From contig OZ059900.1 in the NCBI GenBank assembly GCA_964057225.1, positions 9,920,001 through 9,984,000 of the forward strand: 64,000 nt of DNA. Direction: 5' to 3'. Below are positions 54,654 through 64,000 of the stretch, piece by piece. Numbering within the stretch: the first letter of the stretch is position 1; every line of letters starts with the position of its first letter. The notes under the pieces are model-generated. The model ran no database searches, had not been told where the DNA came from, and saw only the letters and a program-made list of their open reading frames with translations. The position numbers were made by a program, and so were the translations under genes. The stretch is from Auanema rhodensis. Lineage: Eukaryota; Animalia; Nematoda.

Positions 54654-54724
54654 AGCGCAGAAAGGGATTGTACTTTGCCTGTGCAGACTGCAGACCAATA
54701 CTCAGACCACTAGACCACTATGTT
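54654..54724 (-). pseudogene. Mirror copy of the tRNA-like sequence
   Basis: Reverse complement of 52514-52584 in the right palindrome arm. Confidence 0.5.
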
Positions 54725-55603
54725 TATATTAATATTGTTTAATTCTCATAAATCAGGTGATAGACACGATAGGTAACCGGAAAATGGAGGAAATCGTTGT
54801 ATACACCAGAATCAAGGATTGTGAAGCTGATATAAGGTATTCAGTATATATAGAGAGAATACATGATGAAGTAGGAAGGATATATTGCAATTGAGTGTGG
54901 TTTTGAGAGAGAGAGGGAGTGAGAGAGAGGGATAGAGAGTTGTGATTATTTTTATTTTCGTAACTTACCTGAAGAAGATATGATCCAAGGAGAGTTTATC
55001 AACTAACCTGAAACACAACCATTACACCAAGATGTTATACTATTTCATGTTAAAATACAATATATATTACTGTAAAAATCAATAATGAACTAAACAGAAT
55101 ACGGTCTCTATATTGAGATTCATGTTGGATTGAATCTCTTATCTGAATCGGATTCTTGTTATTTTCCTCACTAAATAGATAGTGAGAATCCAAAATTTGA
55201 AAATCAGGGTCTCATGAGGCCCGTTATAGATAATATTTAATTTTTATACTCTAAAAAAAAATGGCTGAGCTTATTATTTTCTGCATCGTATATTATATGG
55301 GTGGAGAATGCAATATTTTAAATTCAACAAACATTAATAATTAAATAAAAATAATTAAAGCAGAATGAGTATTTGTATTTTCTTAGTTTCTTCTTCAATG
55401 TTTCAACTCAACCTTCATTCAAAAAACAAACAGAAGTTGAAAAAAAAATTTATTCATAACAAATAACGAAATTTATATAATCTAATTATATAAGTATATA
55501 ATGAAAATATATATTAACATTCAATCGTTTTTATTCTTTCGTATAGTTTGCACTTTTCAAGACTGAAAATAGAGTATTACAATCTTCAAATTCAGAAAAC
55601 GTA

Positions 55604-56230
55604 CTATGCTGATTTCATGCGAATTCTCATCTTATAGAAATATTCTCGAGTGCAGATAAACTCCTCTATCAAGCCAAGTGGAACTGGCATACCACCTCTC
55701 ATATATCGCACAGCTTGATTACAAACAAACTTCATGTATTCCGATAAGAGTGAGTGGAATTTACGATATTCCAACTGGATAAGGTAGTTGAATCTCTGCT
55801 CCTCAGTCAAATGTCCTATGCCATTTTCAATTAAACTTCTCATCCGTCCAATTGTCCTTCTCAATTCGATCAATTCGAAAGAAGCGTGATTGCTCGCATG
55901 GAGATCTAACATCAGCTCCTCATCCTTCTCCTCTAACTTTCCAATCAAACTTCTGATACTATCAACAAGCACTGGATTCAATTTTTCCAAATAGCTCATG
56001 CGACGAGCACGATTTTCTTTACAATTTCGAATATTTTTAATTTCAAAAGTGCGTTCAATAATTTGCTGTTTCTGCAAGTTTTTAAAATGATCTTCTTCCA
56101 CTCGAAAAATATCTATGTGTTCGAAGAAAGAAACATTTTCTCTCTATAATATAGTGAATAACATGCGTTGAAACCAAAAAAGACTAACCAGTTCAAAAAC
56201 ATTTTTTTTTTCAATAAAAGTGAAGGTCAT
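55604..56230 (-). CDS. Orphan helical protein, family 1 copy 2; exons 56230-56189 and 56143-55604
   Basis: 165-codon ORF extends upstream to an ATTATAG acceptor; upstream exon MTFTFIEKKNVFEL|GTTAGT, 45-nt phase-0 intron; homologous to 879-1467. Confidence 0.75.
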
Positions 56231-56493
56231 CTTTCAATTTTCACCTATAAAAAAAAGAAAAAATTAAGAGAAAACGTGGTTATATAGCATGTAAGAGAAT
56301 TTCTAGAAAAGAATCAATTCAAAATATCCCGTACATGAGTTCAGTTTTGTTTATAATTACATGAAAATATGGATGATAAATACATGTATTTCAATACATT
56401 TTTTGTCTATTGATCTACCCATTTATTGGAGACCAACCTCCAAATCTTTTCTACTTTGAAATAAAATTATTATCTGTGTGTTCGAAAAACAAA

Positions 56494-56612
56494 AGCTTAC
56501 GGCACCCGGGATTCCCAAGCCGTCTCCGATCCAAGTACTAACCGGGCCCAACGTTGCTTGACTTGCCAGATCAGACGGGATGGCGTACTTTCAACGTGGT
56601 ATGGTCGTAAGC
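56494..56612 (-). rRNA. 5S ribosomal RNA
   Basis: 119 nt, GCTTACGACCATACCACGTTGAAAGTACGCCATCCCGTCTGATCTGGC...AGTACTTGGATCGGAGACGGCTTGGGAATCCCGGGTGCCGTAAGCT, followed by a T-run terminator; closely resembles nematode 5S. Confidence 0.98.
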
Positions 56613-57553
56613 GAATCAGAAGGTTAGTTTTGCGCTTATATTGTCCCGTGTACAGCATGCTGAGAGAAAGATGCAGCTTTGACGAAGATATTCGATGTTG
56701 ATGTCGCTTCGGTGAAGGTATTTTGTTGTCGGTATTCTGCAGAGGATAGCTAGCACAGGTAATCAGTGTTAGAATGCTTTATTAGAAAAGTTAACAATTT
56801 CAACAAAATATAGATCGTCTATAGTTGGTTAATTTTGAATCACCGTCTGCTTTTACATTAACAAATATGACAAAACAACTAAATGCGTCGCTAAGGTACA
56901 ACGTAAAATAAGCAAAAAAAGCATTGAAAACAAAAGAAAGTCTGAAACAAAATAAAGGTTGAGTAGAAACATAGCTGTCACTTCGGCAGTAGAATATAGA
57001 TTTATTGAATGTAGATATGAATATATTACAGAAAAGAATTGTGAATTCATTGAAATATATATAAAAGGTTAAACAAATAACAAAGTATCGAGAAAATCAT
57101 TAACAATCAAAAACGGTCCCTCTGGTTCGTACATGGTGTGATATTCAAAGAATAAAATTAAAAATTAAAAATACTTTTATCTCTATAATTACAAATGCAC
57201 AAAGATACTATCAGTTTCAGAGAAAAGGGGATTTCATAGAACAAGAGTAAACCGATCTGCAGGATAATTTGTTAGTTTACTTTTTGAATTGTTTGTTGTT
57301 TAATTTTCCGAAATGTCAGTTATCATCGGTTGATATCTATGATCCTATTCAAAACTAAAAAAAAACAAATAATCTTCTACTAAAATATTTATTAAACAAA
57401 TGTAATTCTTTTTAAAAAATTGAGAAACCTCTAATATACAATTAAAACTTTGTGTAAAACAAGATTAGAGGATTAAAATTGATAAAACAATAGAAATCAA
57501 ATGAATCTGGCTTAGTATATGAACTGAGAACCATCCAAACTTTTTTTTCCTTT

Positions 57554-58773
57554 TCAGATTTTAGTTTTTGCATTCTTGGATCGGGTTCGAGAAGCAGGAG
57601 AATCTTTCAGAGTATTATTTTTGCTGGTTTCTTTAGTTATCCTCGATCTGACACTACCACCTGCAGGCGATCTGTTAGATTGTTTGACAAGTCCTTTTTT
57701 CTTTTTGTTATTCTCCGTGATATCCTTGCGTGAAGATTTTTCTGTTGCATTTTCATGTGTCTTTCCAATTATAGACAGTTCTTCAGCAATGTTTGCTATT
57801 TGCTAAATGACAAACAAATATTATAGTTAATCAATATGAAACTTACGAATTGGGAATGTCTATTGCAAATTCTTTGAAATATGTATTCAGTCTGCAAATT
57901 CAGAAATATTAACAGGAAAATGAAAATATACGTACCACTGTAGAATTTGGATTATTATCAGCAAGCTCATCACGATATATCTGAAACAATTTGACAGTCA
58001 CTATTTGTAAAAGTAATTCTTACCATTCTATACAAAGAACTGTTTGGCACAGATCTACTTTCGAAATTCTCATTTGATTTGATGATCCTCTCCAACGTTT
58101 CTCCAGCAAGGCATATTAGCGAGATAGGAATCGTAACAGATGTGCTTCCATTATACAGACAATCATAGATCTGATCCATGACATCCAACGCCGAATCACA
58201 CAGAGAAGCCAAATCAGAAAGTTTCTTTTTGCAAATTGAACACTCGGAGTCTTCAGGAAAATCACACATGCACGTTTGCTTCAAAGCTCTAAGAGGAAAA
58301 GGAGCTGTTTGCTCCTCTTCGAACTGCTCAACACAAATCTGATCGACAGTCGCCAACTTGGAGAAATATTTTGTGAGGGAACTTTCAAGTTTCTCTCTGT
58401 GTGATAAGAATTGCTTAATACATGAGAAACAATTAGTTCTAAGATATATTATTCAAACGAATACCTCGCGATCTTCTTCGGCATGTCCATATACGGGAAA
58501 GGGCACAATCATCTCGAAAACCGATGACTCAACGAATAAACTATTGAGTTCAGTTATTCCCGAGACGTCCGGAACTTGAACATTCAACACACGATCATCT
58601 GTCGTTACTTTTACTGGATGTTCAAGTTCAGCAAAAACGTCACAAGAACTGTCACTACTATATTCAACATCCGCTCTGCCTATTGTAGGTCTATCGTTTT
58701 CCATCTTTGAGGATGGAAAGCCGTTTTCCAGGATGTATTCTACGCTTGAGTCATCAGAAGAAGATGTATCCAT
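57554..58773 (-). CDS. Orphan protein family 2, copy A (about 345 aa; acidic N-terminus, CxC..CxxC cluster, basic Ser/Arg/Lys tail); exons 58773-58465, 58413-58024, 57980-57936, 57891-57847, 57802-57554
   Basis: Five exons, all phase 0, joined by short GT-AG introns and open throughout: MDTSSSDD..; TCMCDFPEDSECSICK; ..DSPASRTRSKNAKTKI*. Structure preserved in copy B. Confidence 0.75.
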
Positions 58774-59480
58774 CTTCAATATGATGAATAATAAATAAAA
58801 CAACAACAAACAACAACAACAAACTCACGATTAAGAACCAGTAACGAAAGATTGAAAAGGCAGCAGTTGTCAATACCTGCAACAAGAAGAAATAAAAAAT
58901 AAAATAAAAACAAATAAAAAACAACTAAAAAACAATCAAAGCAATTAATATTAATAAAATAAGTCAATATAATATCTTATATAATCATTTTAAACAACTT
59001 AAAATCAACTTTATTCCCGCCTAATCCTTTATTTATTCACAGTTACTTATTTACATGTGCCACTTCTATGTTACCGTATCTCAAAATTCTTGTTTTATCT
59101 GTCACATACCTTTATCCGTTGAAAACAATATGTGGTGTTTTTTTATACGAATTGTTATTGTTTATAAGTTCAGACTATCTTCAATCTTTGATACCGTATT
59201 CTCCGAAATATATTTTGTTTTATTCACTTTTCTGATTTTCTTGCAACGCGATAAAGAACAAATAATCTTCTACTAAAATATTTATTAAACAAATGTAATT
59301 CTTTTTAAAAATTTGAGAAACCTCTAATATACAATTAAAACTTTGTGTAAAACAAGATTAGAGGATTAAAATTGATAAAACAATAGAGATCAAATAAATC
59401 TGGCTTAGTATATGAATTGAGAACCATCCAAACTTTTTCTTTTTCTTTTAATTACTGTAATTTTCGAATCTTTGCCTTTT

Positions 59481-60866
59481 TCATTCGAATTTATTATTTT
59501 ACTACTTTTTGATCTAGTTCTAGATGCAGGAGAATCAATCTTGGATCGGGTTCGAGAAGCAGGAGAATCTTTCAGAGTATTATTTTTGCTGGTTTCTTTA
59601 GTTATCCTCGATCTGACACTACCACCTGCAGGCGATCTGTTAGATTGTTTGACAAGTCCTTTTTTCTTTTTGTTATTCTCCGTAATATCCTTGCGTGAAG
59701 ATTTTTCTGTTGCATTTTCATGTGTCTTTCCAATTATAGACAGTTCTTCAGCAATGTTGGCTATTTGCTAAATGACAAACGAATATTATAGTTAATCAAT
59801 ATAAAACTTACGAATTGGGAATGTCTATTGCAAATTCTTTGAAATATGTATTCAGTCTGCAAATTCAGAAATATTAACAGGAAAATGAAAATATACGTAC
59901 CACTGTAGAATTTGGATTATTATCAGCAAGCTCATCACGATATATCTGAAACAATTTGACAGTCACTATTTCTAAAAGTAATTCTTACCATTCTATACAG
60001 AGAACTGTTTGGCACAGATCTACTTTCGAAATTCTCATTTGATTTGATAATCCTCTCCAACGTTTCTCTTGTGAACCTTGTTATCGACAAAGGAAACGTC
60101 TTGGATTTGGTACTTTCAACCAGGCAGTCATAGATCTCATCCATTACATCCAAAGCGGAATCACACAGAGAAGCCAAATCAGAAAGTTTCTGTTTGCAAA
60201 TTGAACACTCGGAGTCTTCAGGAAAATCACACATGCAGGTTTGCTTCAAAGCTCTAAGAGGAAAAGGAGCTGTTTGCTCCTCTTCGAACTGCTCAACACA
60301 AATCTGATCGACAATCGCCAACTTGGAGAAATATTTTGTGAGAGAACATTCAAGTTTTTCTCTGTGCGATATGAATTGCTGGATGAATCATGAAGAATTA
60401 GGAAAGAAATTTAAGTGGTTACCTCATGATCCCTCATTGTATGCTTTCCAAAGATATTAGAAATCTTGTCAGTCTCAGAAATCACTTTCGGATGTTGAAG
60501 CTCTTCCTGTGAATGCAGACTATTTAAGGTAGCGCTGATATAAGGCATGGTAGGCAGCTCAAATGCTCGAATAGTATATGCAGGTGCATTTGAAGGTTGC
60601 GTATATCCAGTTGATTTTTCAGAAATGATATCTGGGAGCCCAGTAGAAGTTGCACCATTCTTTAAAAATTATAAAATAAAAAAACAGATAGCAGCAGTAA
60701 CTTCTTCTATTTCGTCAAGCTTAGAGGAAAACTCATAAGAACTGTCAGTACTATATTCGTCATCACCGCTGCCTACTGTAGGTCTATCGTTTTTCATCTT
60801 TGAGGATGGAAACCCGTTTTCCAGGATGCCTTCTATGCTTGAGTCATCAGAAGAAGATGTATCCAT
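59481..60866 (-). CDS. Orphan protein family 2, copy B (tandem paralog with a different N-terminal middle and two DSPASRTRSK repeats)
   Basis: Direct repeat (about 59257-61052) of about 57364-58950; same downstream splice sites; an extra intron near 60660-60701 precedes a replacement exon NGATSTGLPD..MRDHE. Confidence 0.75.
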
Positions 60867-61450
60867 CTTCAATATGATGAGTAATAAATAAAACAACAAC
60901 AAACAACAACAACAAACTCACGATTAAGAACCAGTAACGAAAGATTGAAAAGGCAGCAGTTGTCAATACCTGCAACGAGAAGAAATAAAGAAGAAATAAA
61001 AAATAAAAAAAACAAATAAAAAACAATTAAAAAACAATCAAAGCAATTAATACCAAGAAAAGAAATCAATACATCTTATATTATCGACTTAAATAATTTG
61101 AAATAACAACTGTTCCCTTCTACGACTTTTTTAATTTACGGGTTCTTCTGCTCAATTACCGTATCTCTTAAATATCTTAACGTGACATACGTATAAAGCA
61201 AATTCTGTTTAACACTAGGTACTTCTCTTGCTAATAATGAATGAAAATATTGCAAACATTGTTCAAAGCAATCGATGCGTAGAATTTACAATAACAAATA
61301 AAAATTAAAAAAATAAAATATTAATTAGAAATAAAAATTATTTGAATATGTTATGATGACATATCTTCCCGCTTATCACTAGAACACATACGTAATTGCC
61401 TCAAGTTACCGTATCCCTTAATTCACTACTATTCAAAATCAAAATGCAAA

Positions 61451-61569
61451 AGCTTACGGCACCCGGGATTCCCAAGCCGTCTCCGATCCAAGTACTAACC
61501 GGGCCCAACGTTGCTTGACTTGCCAGATCAGACGGGATGGCGTACTTTCAACGTGGTATGGTCGTAAGC
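61451..61569 (-). rRNA. 5S ribosomal RNA
   Basis: Identical to 56494-56612; part of a 337-bp direct repeat (56490-56826 and 61447-61783) with four substitutions, all in the upstream flank. Confidence 0.98.
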
Positions 61570-62729
61570 GAATCAAAAGGTTAGTTTTGCGCTTATATTG
61601 TCCCGTGTACAGCATGCTGAGAGAAATATGCAGCTTTGACAAAGATATTCGATGTCGATGTCGCTTCGGTGAAGGTATTTTGTTGTCGGTATTCTGCAGA
61701 GGATAGCTAGCACAGGTAATCAGTGTTAGAATGCTTTATTAGAAAAGTTAACAATTTCAACAAAATATAGATCGTCTATAGTTCTTTGAAGTTCGTTTGA
61801 GGCATATTGTTTCTTTGATCTGAAAGATAACAATGTAGGAAGTGGTGTCGAAAGTACAATTTGAAATAGACAACAATAAAAGAAAACGATAAAAAAGAAA
61901 ATTTGAAATGGAATAAAACATAAGAAAATAATCGTTAACCACGACATCGTTTTCCCTTACTTGCCATGTTCGTATGGTCCAGGAAGAAGTTTAGTTTTTC
62001 ACATAGGATTGCGAATTTCATTGACTCCCGGAAAACGTGTTAGATATTGTCGCGGTTAGCGATTTATTTTCAATGCTTTTCTTCAGTTTCGAATTCATTT
62101 TAAACCTTCTCTGTTCGTCTTCGTTTTTTCTTTATTTTGTCCACTTTAAGTTGTATTATTGCAACGCCTTCCGATGTGCTGTCTTATTTGAATCGGTGAA
62201 ACAACATATCTCAGCGCACCCTCTAAAAACTTAAAAAAACTTTTTTTTTGATCTAATTGTTAACTTGTTTTAATAAAAGCCTTCTACACCCGACCAGCTG
62301 TACTATTGAACCTCAGCCGAAAATTATCAACTCAATCGACAATGTCGTCGCCAAAGCCATACATATGTCCATACATGTCTCAAAGAAGGGCAACTGTTGA
62401 TATCAGCTGCCATGAAAAAAATGATACAGATAGTTTTTAAGAAACTTTGAGAAGATTATAGATAGACTTTTTATAAACTTTGAAACACTTTGTATAAATT
62501 AAGTAGGAGTCGTATGGTTATATAAACTTGAGCCGTGAAGACTCAATCACTTTATCATCTAGTAATCTTTCTATATCTTCATATTTCATCTTAGTTTTAT
62601 AGTTATAATCAAGCAGTTAATTAACCTTTATATCTTTCATACTCTTTTATCTCTTTTTCTCGTAATACCACACTCTATATTTCATTTATACAAAATCTAT
62701 ACTCTTTTCTTTCTTAGTTAATTCGGACG

Positions 62730-63640
62730 CTTCCCAACTTGAAACCATCATTGCGAAAAATCACAATCGAAGAGAAACGATTCAAATGAGATCAGGCAAG
62801 AAGCAACTTTCTGTACTTATCATGCGAATACAACCAGAACGAGCTCTGTTGGTTATGGATAAATTAAAGCCATTATCAACGGAATCGGTACACTCTGTTT
62901 TCCTTGGACTGTAAGCGTAACGGTGATAAACTTCGAATCGTCTTCACCACAGGGTTAAAACAAGATATCAGAATTCAAGTCAACTGTCGAGAACCGAAAT
63001 GTTATGAGAAAGCCCACCTAATAGCTTTACAAGAAGAATCGTTTATACTGAACACCTCAACTGCGATTGTCAAAAATATGGAAAGATCGTTCAACAACCT
63101 TAACATTCGAAATTCGAAAAACATAAATCAATACTATGGAGATAAGACTAAAGATTTTAAAGGAGCCCAGTCGACAAACAATGGAAAAACGCATGATCAG
63201 TACCTGAACAGATTCAACAATCAATACCGGCTCCAACAACACCAAAACAGGAATCATAACTCACGCTTCTCCCACTATAACAGGCCAAGGCAAAATTATT
63301 ACAAAACAGAACGAAACCAAAGGCAAGTAAGTTCATATAATCAGAGTTGCGAACGAAACTATAGCGGACAATACGATTGGTGACGATCATACAATCGCGA
63401 ACAACATCCCCCTCATATGGAAATAAGGGTATCACTCCACAAAAAATATTAACATTATTCTGACTCTTCTTCATCACTATAATCGCGGTCTTTATAAATA
63501 CATGCAAGGCAGAAATAACGTACCAGCTATGTACAGTAAACAGAGGTAGAATATACATTGAACCTCCATCTCCAACAGCTCGCAAATCCATCTCACCAAC
63601 CAACAGTCACATTCAGTGGTCTATAGCAGAATAAATTTGT
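62730..63640 (+). mobile_element. Degenerate LTR-retrotransposon (Ty3/gypsy-like) gag fragment
   Basis: Intronless ORF with RIVFTTGLKQDIRIQVNCREPKCYEKAHLIALQEES, matching the F..GL...IR..V....P......A...A..EE capsid C-terminal pattern, then an N/Q/R-rich linker; interrupted by stops. No pol or LTR seen. Boundaries approximate. Confidence 0.65.
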
Positions 63641-63760
63641 CAAAAACACGAAATGTCAACCTTTTTTATCACCAATCTTCACTCCCGCCTCGGAACCCCC
63701 CTAACATTACATGTGTCACTTTTCAGCTACCGTATGCATAAAAAACAAAAAAAGAACATG

Positions 63761-64000
63761 GTGTGAAACAAGATTAGAGGATTAAAATTGATGAAACAAT
63801 AGAAATCAAATGAATCTGGCTTAGTATATGAATTGAGAACCATCGAAACTTTTTCTTTTTCTTTTAATTACTGTAATTTTCGAATCTTTGTGATAACGGT
63901 GTTGCCCTTTTACAGTCAAACTTATTATTTTACTACTTTTTGATCTAGTTCTAGATGAAGGAGAATCAATGCAAAACCGGTGGTTTTTTTTTCTTGGATT
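63761..64000 (-). repeat. 3' end of a third family-2 paralog (copy C), running off the window
   Basis: Matches about 59345-59540 (AAACAAGATTAGAGGATTAAAATTGAT...) and encodes IDSPSSRTRSKSSKNNKF on the minus strand. Confidence 0.8.

Larger units (their letters stand above)
51901..55337. mobile_element. 3.4-kb foldback palindrome (arms 51901-53552 and 53680-55337, 127-bp spacer); probable non-autonomous DNA element
   Basis: Arms are reverse complements: identical over the outer ~680 bp, visibly diverged in the middle, near-identical inside. Periodic subrepeats (AAAGCTGATATCTC, ACAGCTCTATCTC, AAGGATATATCTC). Both ends are TTAA. No transposase seen. Confidence 0.7.

Noticed and set aside
57576-59771. 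Plus-strand ORFs 57576-57806 and 59472-59771
   Set aside because: Antisense shadows of the last exon of the family-2 genes.
61454-61706. ORFs overlapping the second 5S gene
   Set aside because: Incidental frames across rRNA; the equivalent plus-strand frame in the first copy is interrupted by a stop.
56490-61783. 5S-containing direct repeats as LTRs of a Cassandra-like element
   Set aside because: No TG...CA termini, primer-binding site, polypurine tract or target-site duplication seen; the interior holds intron-containing genes.
1-64000. CRISPR arrays or prokaryotic defence systems
   Set aside because: The sequence is eukaryotic and intron-containing; no repeat-spacer array or bacterial-type operon was seen.

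Overview
AT-rich eukaryotic DNA, almost certainly a rhabditid (clade V-like) nematode: short ~45-nt GT-AG introns, TTTCAG-type acceptors, a nematode-type 5S rRNA and an innexin closely matching C. elegans INX-1. Left part: an orphan two-exon gene (879-1467), a tetraspanin (2834-4240), an atypical UDP-glycosyltransferase present as a head-to-head inverted duplication (arms 5201-7893 and 8162-10854, plus a third copy of a promoter segment), a small secreted neuropeptide precursor with a KR-CRWKLC-GTG-RR core (11600-11935), and unresolved minus-strand exons (12.0-17.1 kb). Middle: about 27 kb without convincing coding sequence, followed by an 11-exon inx-1 (44193-49776). Right part: a 3.4-kb foldback palindrome containing tRNA-like sequence, a paralog of the first orphan gene, two 5S rRNA genes that bracket tandem mosaic paralogs of a second orphan gene family, a degenerate LTR-retrotransposon gag fragment, and the start of a third paralog. 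All gene models were built by eye from splice signals; no searches or folding programs were run.
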